A stretch of DNA of 55,839 bases, filler included, from Sphacelaria rigidula (taxonomy: Eukaryota), in NCBI GenBank assembly GCA_964200075.2. It is 5 parts of 5 records of this genome, joined end to end, with 100 filler letters (N's around TTAATTAATTAA, not from the genome) between each part and the next. Parts side by side here need not be neighbours in the genome. Positions count along the whole stretch, not along the records: positions 1 to 11,089 come from CAXNAA020005410.1; positions 11,190 to 22,277 come from CAXNAA020005411.1; 3 more parts are not named here. One strand, given 5' to 3'. Position 1 is the stretch's first letter, and each line of letters starts with the position of its first letter. The position numbers were made by a program, and so were the translations under genes. Below are positions 1 to 11,400 of this stretch, piece by piece. Under the pieces are notes generated by a model. It saw only the letters and a list, made by a program, of their open reading frames with translations. It did not search any database and was not told the DNA's origin.

Positions 1-212
1 CCTGGCTTTGTAGGGATGCGAGACCAATGGTCTGATGACTATGGCAGGCATGATCATGAGTACACCCCCCTCCCCGTCTCAAGACGACGTGGTCTCAAGG
101 GAGCAACTTATCTCTGTCCTCAGTACACTCCTTGCATCTTGATCTCGCGGATTGGGCTAGCATTCCCGCACTGCGTCAACTCTCGTCAAACAAACTCAGT
201 CAACTACTAGTT

Positions 213-426
213 CGGGGTTGGGGAGGGGAAAATCTTCACGTAAATCGGAATGGAAAAAGCCGAGCACAACGAGCAGCTGGGAAGTCCCACGCTTGGGTTA
301 ATTCTCGCCAATGTCGCCCATATGAGGCGCTTCATGCAGCCTGAACCCGAACATCAGGCGCTGTATGACAATATATTTCGTGACGCTGTTGGGTTGGTTT
401 TGGAGGGTGCTATCGCCGAAAGTGTC
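213..426 (+). mobile_element. MITE family A, copy lacking its left TIR
   Basis: Homologous to 15082-15330; ends in a degenerate TIR (GCTATCGCCGAAAGTGTC). Confidence 0.8.
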
Positions 427-732
427 ACGTGAAGATAAAATGCTAAGGGTTCGTAAAGTTATTCATGAGAATGATCGGAATTGGTTCACCCCCACCTGTG
501 CTATGTAGACCTAACCTCAGTTGGGTAAATGTCGTTTTTGGGTATTTTTCTGAATTTCTTGGGTAATATCCGTCCTTGGCGCTTGAAAGTCCTAGCATCG
601 ATAGATGTTGGGAAGAGAATCCGATCATGCTTCAAACACAATCCTCAATTGGTGTTGCCGGGGTGATACGGAATAAGTACCTTAGTCATCCAGGGGTTGT
701 TCCTCATAAAGGAGCACGAGGGAAATGGTTTG

Positions 733-772
733 TCTACGGTGTAGAGGTTAACTCTACGGTGTAGAGGTTAAC
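733..772. repeat. 20-bp perfect tandem duplication
   Basis: TCTACGGTGTAGAGGTTAAC x2. Confidence 0.9.
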
Positions 773-1032
773 GATGCATACGAGTGGGTCACTGCGGCAA
801 AAAACATGGACGAATGGTATACTGGAGTCGGAAAAGGAGCGGAAGAGTTTGAGGGCACGTGGCAACGCATGGACCAAAGAGAATCGAGCCGCCATCGCAA
901 ACGGGAGGCTGCTGCGTCGAGGGCGACCAAAGGAAAAATCTTATCTGTTCATATCGGTTGTTGATTGTGTCCTTAGTCGGCGGCTCTACGGTGACCCTGG
1001 TGTGTGTCTGTATCTACTCTGCTGTCCTTAAT

Positions 1033-1375
1033 TGATCAAGGGAGCGCCTCTTGGAGAACTTGCTCTGGACAGGAGAATGTGTCGTAACTTCTTGTATTAA
1101 TCTCGTATATCCTTCACTCACCAAACATCAACCGGGCACGCTCCACCCGAGCTGCTCTCTCTCACCCCGAAATGCAATATCACAACGCACAGGACAAGAA
1201 CGATCCGGGAGGGTATGACCGCACACTGGGTTCCCTCATATGTCATACATCCAGTCATCAAACAATCCGTTACCGCAGACGATATCCGGTACTCATGATA
1301 TGTCATCAATCTGCCCCACATGTGCCCAAATTAATCCGCATAAACATGCACCAGTGTTTAGGTCGACAGTATTCA
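1033..1375 (-). repeat. 3' LTR of copia element 1
   Basis: Direct repeat of 8384-8726, about 22 substitutions counted by eye. Confidence 0.9.
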
Positions 1376-1469
1376 ATCAGCCCCCCTTGTCAAGGCTTAA
1401 CCCTAGTCACATCACACCGAGAAAAACTTGGTTCCATCCCATGAAATCAGACAAATTCTCAGACCACAA

Positions 1470-1810
1470 ATGCCGGATACACGGAAGACCCAGCAAGATG
1501 AAACGAAATCATCAAGGAAAACACCTCCTGAGTTATATGCTCCCCTGACCCCACATCATCTCACCATTTCCGGGAGCATTAAGTATCAGATCTCGGGACG
1601 AGTTTTTCCAAAAATCTGCCAAGAAAATCATACTCTTCTCGCCATGGAAATGCCGGGATACACGGAAGACTCAGCACGGAAATCACAAAAAAATTCATGA
1701 AGGAAAATCACCTCTTACGTTGTATGCCCTCCTGACCCCACAGTATCTCCCCACTTTCGGGAGCACACAATGTCAAATCTCTGGACGTGTTTCTCCAAAA
1801 ATATCCCACG
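1470..1810. repeat. Diverged ~180-bp tandem duplication in the element's 3' UTR
   Basis: GATACACGGAAGAC...CCTGACCCCACA...TCCAAAAAT occurs twice. Confidence 0.7.
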
Positions 1811-3399
1811 AAAGTATTGCCCGAAATCCAGGATCAATAAACTAAATCAACCAAAAAGAATCCGTCATATGCCGTGATCCATCAAAGACTTAATGCTGTC
1901 GAATCGATCGACCACTTGACCTTTTTCGTGGCCATAGCACATGCTTGGAAGCACTTGAATTTCATGTCAGAAATCAGAAATCAAACTCACATGAAGGGAA
2001 AACTTCCACCATGTCTTCATCTCTGTGATAACATAAAAACCGAGACTGAATCACCAGAATCGAACTCAAATCGAACTACGGAAAAATATTTGATATGTTA
2101 TAAATAAATGGTCATATCGCCATACCCACGCACGATAAAAACCATGAATCTCGATTTTCACGCGGTTTAGAAGCTCGCCGGTTATTTTCACCCAAAATAA
2201 TCTCCAACGAATCCCCACAAATCTTTGTTATGCATTCCAATTACTGTTGCAAATTTGATGGCGACTAGTTAAATCACTGCTATCGGACAGTAGTCAGTAG
2301 TCACATTACTGCGCTTTCACTCGGAAGCAAACTATTCAATGCATGAATCTACTCTCAAGTTGGAGTTTTCAACAAAATAACACTTGACATGATAACATTT
2401 GGAGTATATTATTCTCCAAAACCCATCTCCGGCTTCCTGCATTCTTTCCATGGTCACGTGTTCCCCTGCTCCATCGGACCGGCACCTCATACTTGCTCCA
2501 CTCCATCGGCATCACTTCCCTGCTCCAACCCATCGTCACCGCCCCCGCGCTCATTTCCACCGGCACCGACGACGCCACGTTTTAGAATGTGTTGCCGGTT
2601 GTGTCGGTGGTGTTGGCATTAGTCGTGTCGGACTCGAGGTTGTGGTAAAATATGATTGTAGTGGCGCAGCGGTGAATGGGTATGGTGACGGCGGCGTAGC
2701 GGTAATGAGGAAATACAAGTGTTGCGGCGCAGCGCCGGGCGGAAATGATGGTAACGGCGGCGCAGTCGTGGTGAAAACGTGTTGGTGTTGGTTCGGGATG
2801 GGGCAGTATGATATGATGTTGGAGCGACGATGCGTCGTGGCGGTGGCGAGACAGTATGATGTAAAAATGACGGTGGCGGCGTCGGCTCGGGTTTTACCGC
2901 GTTGATCAGCGGCTGCGGGGATGCCGGCTGGTCGGTGACGGTACTCGTTCTATAACCCCCCCTGCCGTCGAGCGGTATCGGCAGTTGTTGCAGAAGCTGT
3001 ACACGCGGAACAGGTCGCACGAAAGGTACGCCACTTGCCGGGGAACCAGACTGGATACCAACACCTGATATGTCAAATATAACGCTTGTAGCGGAAGCGG
3101 GCTAGACAAAGAAATCGAGGGGGGGAGACACAACGCCTTCAGCGGAATAATGGCGTGAGCCAATTCTGGGAGGAGAATAAAGAATATCTCTTTCCTCACT
3201 CGTGGACTCACTACAAGGTGCTACAGTAGCATTGGGCGCGTGATGCTCCGAGGAAAATTCTACAGCAGAATCCGGGGAATCAGACTCATCGAAAACAGGC
3301 CGGGCAGTTGTCGGCGAAGACTCCACCGTAGCACGCGAAGACACCGTCGCAGTAGATTGCGCTACAGTAGTGGGGGTTGTACCGACAGAAGTACACGAA

Positions 3400-3540
3400 G
3401 ACATAGTACTCGGGGGGCACTGACAGTGGCACGCGAGGACACAGTACTCGGGAGAGCACTTACAGTATCGTGAGAAGACACAGTGCTCGGGGGGGGCACT
3501 GACAGTGGCACGCGAGGACACAGTACTCGGGGGAGCACTT
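3400..3540. repeat. ~39-bp tandem repeat, about 3.5 copies
   Basis: ACAGTACTCGGGGGGCACTGACAGTGGCACGCGAGGAC units. Confidence 0.8.
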
Positions 3541-5897
3541 AGCTTATGTCCAAGTCGCGACTTGGAAATAGTTATGTCCACCACCAGCTTCGATTCGAAT
3601 ACCCGCCCGCGTTTGTCCCATGTGCCTTGCATCGACGCTACAGCAACTGCAATACATTAACACAGCCCGTAGCCATCGTTCAAGCCATCGCACGGTCAAA
3701 ACGGCCTCCTAGCGAGCGAAAAACGCGCCTGCTACACAGTGCCAAAAAAATACCGCCGCCCGGCTGGTGGTGGGCATAAGCTATGTCTAAGTCGCGAGTT
3801 GGACATCGCTTATGTCCACCACCAGCGATTGGAATACCTGTGCGCGCTCGTTGTGCCCCGACTTGGAAATAGCTTATGTGCACCACCAGCGCTCGGAACA
3901 TCTGTCCGCGCTCCTCCCATGTGCCTTGCATCGACACTGTAACACCTGCAATACACTCACACAGTCCGTAGCCACCGTTCAAGCTATCGCACGGAGCAAA
4001 CGGCCTCGTAGCGGACGAGAAACGCGCCTGCTGACCAATGCCAAAAACACACCGCCACCCGACTGGAGGTGGACATAACCTACCATGTACAATAAGTCGC
4101 GAGTTGGACATAGCTTATGTCCACCACCAGCGATTGGAATGCCTTGAATCGACACCACAGCATCTGCAATACACTCACACAGCCCGTAGCCATCGTTCAA
4201 GCCATCGCACGGAGCAAACGGCGTCGTGGCGAGCGAGAAATGCGCCTGCTGGACACAGTGCAAAAAAATGCCACCGCCCGACTGGAGGTGGACATAGGCT
4301 GGACGACAAGTGGCGACTTGGACATAGCTCATGTCCGACTCCAGTGATTGGAATACCTGTCCGCGCTCGTCTCATGTGCCTTGTATCGACATTACAGCAC
4401 CTGCAATACACTTGCACAGTCCGTGGCCACCGTTCAGGCCATCGCACGGTGCAAGTGACATTTTAAACGGTCCGATAATTGGCAGCAGACGTGGCTAACC
4501 CGTTTGGATACCGAATCTCCGATCGCGGGTATTGTCAACTTGATATAATAAAGAATACACTATCATAGCGGCAATCACCTGTTGGCGCTCCTGTCTGCAA
4601 CGCAGTCGCTATCAGTCGCAAGCACATGATTACGTGCTCCCATGCCCTCACCCAACATTCCGCATGTCCAACTTGCCTAATAAGTCGCATCTTTTCAAAG
4701 GCTATATCCAACTACAGTCGGATGCAGTATTGATAGTATCTTTTGGCACTGTGTGCAGCAGGCGCGTTTCTCGTCCGCTACGACGCCGTTTTCACCCCAT
4801 CATGGCTTGGACGATGGCTACGGGCTGTGTGAGTGTATTACGGATGCTGTAGTGTCGATGAAAGGCACATGGGACGAGTGCGGATAGGTCATTCAATCGC
4901 TGGTGGTGGACATAAGCTATGTCCAACTCGCGACTTGTACATGGTTGCTTACGTCCACCTCCAGTTGGGTGGCGGTGTATTTTTGGCGTTGTGCAGAAGG
5001 CGCGTTTCTCGTCCGCTACGAGGCCGTTTGCTCCGTGCGATGGCTTGAACGGTGGCCACGGACTGTGCAAGTGTATTGCACTTGCTGTAGTGTCGATACA
5101 AGGCGCATGGGACGAGCGCGGACAGGTATTCCAATCGCTGGAGTCGGACATAAGCTACGTCCAAGTCGCCACTTGTGCGTACAGCCCATGTTCACCTCCA
5201 GTCAAGCGGTGGCATGTTTTGGCACTGTGCAGCAGGTGCGTTTCTCGCTCGCCACGACGCCGTTTGCTCCGTGAGATGGCTTGAACGATGGCTACGGGCT
5301 GTGTGAGTGTATTGCGGATACTGTACTGTCGATACATCGCACGTGGGACGAGCGCGGACAGGTATTCCAATCGCTGGTGGTGGACATAACTATTTCCAAG
5401 TCGCGACTTGTACATGGTAGCTCATGTCCACCTCCAGTCGGGCGGCGGTACTTTTTTGGCATTGTGCAGCAGGCGCGTTTCTCGTCCGCTAAGAGGCCGT
5501 TTGCTCTGTGCGATGGTTTAAACGGTGGCTACGGACTGTGTGAGTGTATTGCAGGTGTTGTAGTGTCGATGCAAGGCACATGGGACGAGCGCGCACAGGT
5601 ATTCCAATCGCTGGTGGTGCACATAAGCTATTTCCACGTCTCGCGACTTGGACATAGCTTATGTCCACCACCAGCCGGGCGGCGGTATTTTTTTGGCACT
5701 GTGCAGCAGGCGCGTTTCTCGCTCGCTGCGAGGCCGTTTTGACCGTGCAATGGCTTGAACGGTGGCTACGGACGGTGTGAGTGTATTGTAGGTGCTGTGG
5801 TGCCGATGCAAGGCACATGGGACGAACGCGGGCGGGTAGTCAGATCGCAGCTGGTGGTGGACATAGCTATGTCCAAGTCGCGACTTGGAAATAGCAT
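3540..5897. repeat. Foldback structure: two inverted arms of ~245-bp tandem units around a ~290-bp unique spacer
   Basis: Left arm ~3540-4450 (about 4 units, +); right arm ~4742-5897 (about 5 units, reverse complement); units carry the palindrome CCAAGTCGCGACTTGG or variants. Confidence 0.85.
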
Positions 5898-5899
5898 TA

Positions 5900-8151
5900 A
5901 CCTTGAATAAATGTACCCCAGTCGAATTTAAAACGATGTCATGTCGTTTTTGCTTGTAATGAAGCGAGAAAAGTTTGAACTTAACGCCTTCTACGACGTA
6001 GACATGGTTCAACTGTACAGGGAGGTCGGTTACGGGGACTGAAACATCCAAAGATACCATGTGGAATCTCAACTTTGAACCACCTACTGTCATGACTGGG
6101 GGTCTGGTTCCGTCACCCAGCGTGGAGTTCTCCATGCTCTGAGGAGGGGGTCGTAAATAAAAAATGTCACCTACATTTCCTGTGAAATGGTATGTAGTGC
6201 CGGTATCTGCAATCCATTCATCTGCACCATCACTTCTACTGCATGCAGATCCACTACGTAGCACATCATCCCTACGTGAATTGAAACTACCAAGCCGAAA
6301 ACGAGACTTGCCTTCGGACATGGAACGCGCCATGAATAGTCGTGGATGCTCTGAAGTGGATGTATCAGCAGGCGGAGGAGACGTGGGGGGGGGGGGCTGC
6401 CTGCTGCTGGTGCTGCTGATGCTGCTGATATGAGTCGTGAGATGGAGCTGCGGATTGGTATTGATTGTGATGAGGGCTGTAATGCGGAGGAGGACGGTGT
6501 TGCTGTTGCTGTTGATAGTGCTGCAACGGAGGTGGCTGTTGCTGGTAGTAGCCATGATATTCGGGTGGTTGCTGCTGGGGATGGATGTGATGTGAAGGTG
6601 GGAGCTGTGGTTGTTGCTCGGCATGGTATTGAGGCGGGAGTTGTATGGAATGGCGAATCTTGCGTCATCAAAGGTATCACCGTTTTGTGAGACGAAGTTG
6701 TGATCGGGAACGGAATCCTGGGATCGCTGTACAGATTCGCATGAACGTGCGAGCTTCTGGAGGAGTAATAACGAGAGGGTGGTTTCCCCCGTGATGTGCG
6801 GAACGATGTTCTGGGCGGAGATCATGATAGCCATGCCGGCGGTCGACATTTCTTCGCCCATCACTTCGTGTATGGGAATATGTACCTCGATCATAGCATA
6901 TATTGCAATTGCGAACATTGCATGATGAGGATGGGGGGTTTGGATTGGGGTTGTTGTTGTGGGACTGACGCGGAGATGAGGAATGTGAACGAAAATTGAA
7001 TATCGGTGATCGTTCATGCTCAGGATGCTGGTGTGAGGTAGAATGCCCACTGCGGTCAGAGCCGCACTCCCGGCAGTGGCTGTTTCTCCTGCCCCCCCGA
7101 CTCCCGCGTCGCCTAGCCGATACGTCACTGTTAGGGGCATCATCAACTATGGCAGATAGAGCAGGGTTATCGGGCGAGTCTACCCTCCTAGATAGTTCCA
7201 ATTCAGCATGGGCAGTCTTTACTGTACGTTGTAGGGTCTCTGTATCTATATCTGACATAGCAAGGAGAATGCCACGCTGTATCTTGTATTCTGAGGACAG
7301 CCTACGTGCATAGTGCCTGTTTTCACCAGTCTAAGAAATTATGGTACCGTAGTGATATCTGTTGTGACGAATTAGATTCGCCCTGTTCAGAAAAGTCAAA
7401 GGGGATTCGCCCGGTGAGATCTGTAGACCCGTCCAATGTTGCTCAAGGCAGGCTTTCTCTGTAGTTGGGGAAACGGTATAGTATTGTACGAACTAGTCCC
7501 ACGACTCGCTAGGCGAGCCAAGTATCGCAAATATTTCGACCATGGTGGGGGCCGTGGTTTTTCGAGAAGGATATCGTGGGCTCTTTGCGCTTTCTCTACG
7601 GCCTTATACCCATGCTGCTTCACCAACTCCTCTTCAGTCTCACGAAATACACGTATAGGGCCCTGCGCAAAGAGAGCATCACAGCATTTTTCGCTACGAA
7701 AATACCCGATCATCTGCACATGAAAAACACGAAACTTTGACTTCATACTCTCGCCTGCTTTTACAGACCCGTCCCACGGGTGAATACTCGTGTCGTTACG
7801 TACCCTCACAACATTCGGTTGGGCACGTTGTCTTCCCATGTAATTTTGGTATTCGAATTCGGGAAAAGAACGTGGCTTACTTCGCTGGTCGCGGTTTGCT
7901 GTACTCATCGTGGGGGTACCCTGTGCGCCTGCGCCTAAATGCATACTCCTTTTTCTTTCGTAATTTACAGTAGCTTCGCGTTTTGCGGTCTCAATAATCT
8001 CTGCCTGTTTTTCTTCCATAACTGCCTGTTTTTCCTCTATAAGGCGCAGTTTTTCGGTCTGTGGTCTTTCCATAAGCCGCAGCTTCTCCGTCACCTCCTC
8101 CGTGCTGTATTCCTTTCTAGTAGCCATTGTTCCACTGTAATTATCTTTCAC
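5900..8151 (-). pseudogene. Frameshifted copia gag-protease polyprotein remnant
   Basis: Gag-like ORF 7396-8151; degenerate knuckle-like CRECGSDRSGH; copia protease motif WIADTGTTYHFTG followed by a LNHVYVV...KLFSL segment; truncated at the foldback block. Confidence 0.8.
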
Positions 8152-8167
8152 CGGTTCTTATTGTTAT

Positions 8168-8325
8168 CTCAAACTGTACCAAACGCTCACTGCGTGACTT
8201 CCTCAAGTTGGCTCGAGCGCTATGACTCCCGCTGTATTTTGCTCAAACTGTACCAAACGCTAACTGCGTGACTTCCTCATGTTAGCTTCAAGTGCTATGA
8301 CTGCTGCTGTATTTTGCTCAAACTC
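8168..8325. repeat. ~74-bp tandem repeat in the element's 5' UTR
   Basis: CTCAAACTGTACCAAACGCT...GCTGTATTTTG x2 plus a partial third copy. Confidence 0.8.
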
Positions 8326-8383
8326 GCTTACTTCCCTGCTATACCTGGCTGCAATCGACCCGTTTTAAATCCGCTAGCGTAAT

Positions 8384-8726
8384 TGATCAAGGGAGCGCCT
8401 TTTGGAGAACTTGCTCTGGACAGGAGAATGTGTCGTAACTTCTTGTTTTGATCTCGTATACCCTTCACTCACCAAACATCAACCGGGCACGCTTCACCCG
8501 AGCTGCTCTCTCTCACCCCGAAATGCAATATCACAACGCACAGAACAAGAACGATCCGGGAGGGTAAGACGGCACACTGAGTTCCCTCATGTGTCATGCA
8601 TCCAGTCATGACACAATCTGCTACCGCAGACGATATCTGGTACTCACGATATGTCATCAATCTGCCCCGCATGTGCCCAAATTAATCCGCGTAAACATGC
8701 ACCAGAGTTTACGTCGGCAGTATTCA
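8384..8726 (-). repeat. 5' LTR of copia element 1
   Basis: Direct repeat of 1033-1375. Confidence 0.9.
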
Positions 8727-8859
8727 ATTTGCCCTGGATTCTTTGAGTTTCACGTCTGTAGTCTCCTTCCCTATTCTCTCTTTCCCTCATATCTCTCTCT
8801 ATGGATGTGTTCTTTCCTGCCGGTGTATGGCAGAGCAGAGTGGTACTTCGCTTCATTGT

Positions 8860-9243
8860 GTTTCTTCGTGGACAAGAGGGTCCATACCCTAAAAAGAGCG
8901 TTTGTAGTAGATGAACTGCAATCTTTCCCTCTCCACGGTCGTTTGTTTTCTACGACCGGGTATGCGTGTGGTTGTGCGAAAGACCTTGTACGCCGAAGCC
9001 ATGTGGCAGAGACTGTCTATTTCTTTCTAACAGTAGCTTTTCTTTCTTGTCTTCTCGTATTTATTTGTTTTCTTTTTTCATATCTTAGTCTACTAAGCTG
9101 TTATGTTTTACTCTTTCCGTTTTTTTCTTTTCTCCAGCGAGTGTCTCTTTTTTTGTTGTCTTTGGTACGCCTACCATGTGACCATGGGCTGGATCCCTGG
9201 GGGGTCAGTTAAAGTACGACAATCAATCAAATCAAATCAAATC
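8860..9243 (+). mobile_element. Probable 5'-truncated non-LTR retroposon (LINE/SINE) 3' end
   Basis: T-rich UTR-like tract ending in a short tandem tail CAATCAATCAAATCAAATCAAATC (9220-9243). The 5' boundary is a guess. Confidence 0.45.
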
Positions 9244-9872
9244 GTCAGGGGGTGTTATCGACCGTTACTGGTGAAAAAAACACAGCTTTTCGGCTCTACG
9301 GCAACAAATAACTAGAGATTAGGAAAATTAGCCATGTTCATTTGTTCACGAAAACGATTAGGATGGCTTCAAATGAGTAAAACTTCTCGAGGGACAGAAC
9401 TTGGGGCTGGATCATCTCAGGACTCAGGACCCCCGAAAACCGATCAGCCGGCAGATCGATCGATAATGAGCACATATGTGATCTTATCTCGGAATGTGAA
9501 GGGGATGTTTAGTATCTCCCGATCCCCACAGTCTGGGATGAGCGGTGGCACGCGAAAACACTTTCGAATATTCTCGACTACGATAACACTGCGAAAATCT
9601 CCTATCTCAGATAATATGAATTACTGTACAGACTGTACTCTGTACTCGACCACTGTAGTGCTGTGATGTCTATTACCCACGCATGTGCATGACAACCACC
9701 AAAAACGCTTATTCCGCACCCCAGGCTGAAATGAATAAGAAAAGAACGCCAGCGTTACGATCGTGGACGCTTCAGGGGTAATGGCATAAAAATCGGTTCT
9801 TGAGGCGTGCAAACCGGAAAACAGCTGTGGCTTGAATAACGAACGCCGCCAAGGCCGCCTCGTCGGCGACGG

Positions 9873-9907
9873 TTTGTCGCTTGCCTTAGTCGTTTGACCA
9901 TTGACCA
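9873..9907 (+). repeat. Retroposon-like 3' end with (TTGACCA)2 tail
   Basis: 34/35 identical to the reverse complement of 26102-26136. Confidence 0.6.
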
Positions 9908-11027
9908 CGCATCACTTACGAGATGGAGTACCGTTCCTGGGCCTAATAGGGACACCTCCAACATTTGTCAAAAATAGGATCATTGATCCCACACCCCTAC
10001 AAAGCAGAGACGGAGCACGCCGGGTTTTCACCGGACCAAGGGAGGGGGGGAGGGGGACGCTCGTTTGTCGATTCTTCACGAGGATCCTTGCGCTGAAATA
10101 GGTTCCTCGAGTATGTTTCACGTAGCATTGCCAGGGTAAAGTTGTTCACCAACCCCACCCCCTCCCTCCCCCTCCGTTACCTCCCGAACATCATTTTTTT
10201 GTCCTTACCTCAGTTGAAGGGAGCGCTGCAGATCGCGCACCAGAAGGCGAGAGAGCTCGACCAACCCGATGGTATCGTGGATAAAACAGTAGCAGGAGCA
10301 CAGAAAACAATAGCAGGAGCACTGTGGGCATGGGCAGGCATGCGAAAGGCGAGCAAGTTGTCCGGCAATAGATAGCACGGGGGGGTAATTATGGCCAAGG
10401 CTTGCCCCATGTACAGGGGACTTTCAATACAACCGAGGACCGTTTCGATTCAATCGAGCACCCTTTGATGTGGAATACACGATAGCCGTCTAAAGCGATA
10501 GATGGCTCGAGCATACGAAATGTGGGACACTGCGTGAGTTACAATCACGGTGCGCATACTCAGAGATCAACCAAAAGCCAACGTGTGGACAATTGCTGAA
10601 AATATTTGCACACCCTGGACAATGTATGGCCAATAAGTGGGAACCACCAGATGAAAGGGACAAATTCCCGAAAGCGTCTGATATAATCTCGCCTTTCAAT
10701 ATTGACGACACCATGAGATAGCTCGTATGCTTCACGAACATAAGATTCCGGGCTCAAATCCCGTATCCCACCAATATAGTGGGAGCCAAAAACAAATGGT
10801 GGATACCCCCCGAAGCAGAGTTTGAAACTCAAGGAAAATCTCCCGCGGCCACTGTTGGTTGGGTGACCCAACACACGTAGAGAAGACGTGTGAATTGAAA
10901 GGCAAGGTTCCAACCGCCAGCCGGCGAGGTTCCAATCGCTAGCCGGAGTAAAATATTACTTCTACAACCTCCAAGAGGTGCACGAAAGGGGGTGGTAACC
11001 ACCGCACAGAAGGGGCAACTGCCACAA

Positions 11028-11089
11028 AACAACAAATTGTGCGAATTGAGGTTTAACTCCGAGATGAGATTCAAGCCTAAAACAGTGCT
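11028..11089 (+). mobile_element. Terminus of a long-TIR element (family C), cut by a gap
   Basis: Near-identical to 44594-44653 and to the reverse complement of ~44759-44820. Confidence 0.75.
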
Positions 11090-11189
11090 NNNNNNNNNNN
11101 NNNNNNNNNNNNNNNNNNNNNNNNNNNNNNNNNTTAATTAATTAANNNNNNNNNNNNNNNNNNNNNNNNNNNNNNNNNNNNNNNNNNNN

Positions 11190-11400
11190 TAACGTGTAAC
11201 GTGTAACGTGTAACGTGTAATAATGCAGGTGTAATGTGTAATACTGAGTATACTCAGTATTACACATTACACCTGCATTATTACACGTTACACGTTACAC
11301 GTTACACGTTACACGTTACACGTTACATGTTACATGTTACACGTTACACGTTACACGTTACACGTTACACGAAACGTTTCATATTACGTTACACATTACA
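11190..11400. repeat. (TTACACG)n heptamer array containing a perfect 122-bp palindrome
   Basis: 11190-11250 is the exact reverse complement of 11251-11311 (centre GAGTA|TACTC); degenerate heptamers recur to ~12070. Confidence 0.9.

Larger units (their letters stand above)
1033..8726 (-). mobile_element. Defective Ty1/copia-derived LTR retrotransposon (gag and protease remnants; no INT/RT/RNaseH recognised)
   Basis: ~343-bp direct repeats TG...CA at 1033-1375 and 8384-8726; purine tract (ACAAGGGGGGC on minus) next to the 3' LTR; internal gag-like and copia protease ORFs. No clear TSD. Confidence 0.85.

Noticed and set aside
250-432. Recurrent ORF MEKAEHNEKLGIPTLG... (also 15153, 16184 and others)
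   Set aside because: Translation of MITE family A; start, length and frame are not conserved between copies.
2369-3020. Gly/Val- and Pro/Arg-rich ORFs
   Set aside because: Low-complexity internal sequence of the LTR element with no domain motifs.
3546-5818. Many overlapping Cys/His-rich ORFs and a superficially CRISPR-like periodicity
   Set aside because: Whole ~245-bp units repeat with no unique spacers, no cas genes are present, and the context is eukaryotic.
8589-9212. 207-aa hydrophobic ORF (similarly 42154-42570)
   Set aside because: Runs across an LTR boundary into a T-rich tract; the hydrophobicity is compositional.
10712-10772. tRNA-like A/B boxes (TAGCTCG...GGCTCAAATCC); a similar B box on minus near 23790
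   Set aside because: No full cloverleaf can be folded; at most decayed SINE heads.
11090-11189. TTAATTAATTAA embedded in N runs (also ~22322, ~33510, ~44698)
   Set aside because: Identical in four gaps, so it is an artificial scaffolding spacer with stops in all frames.
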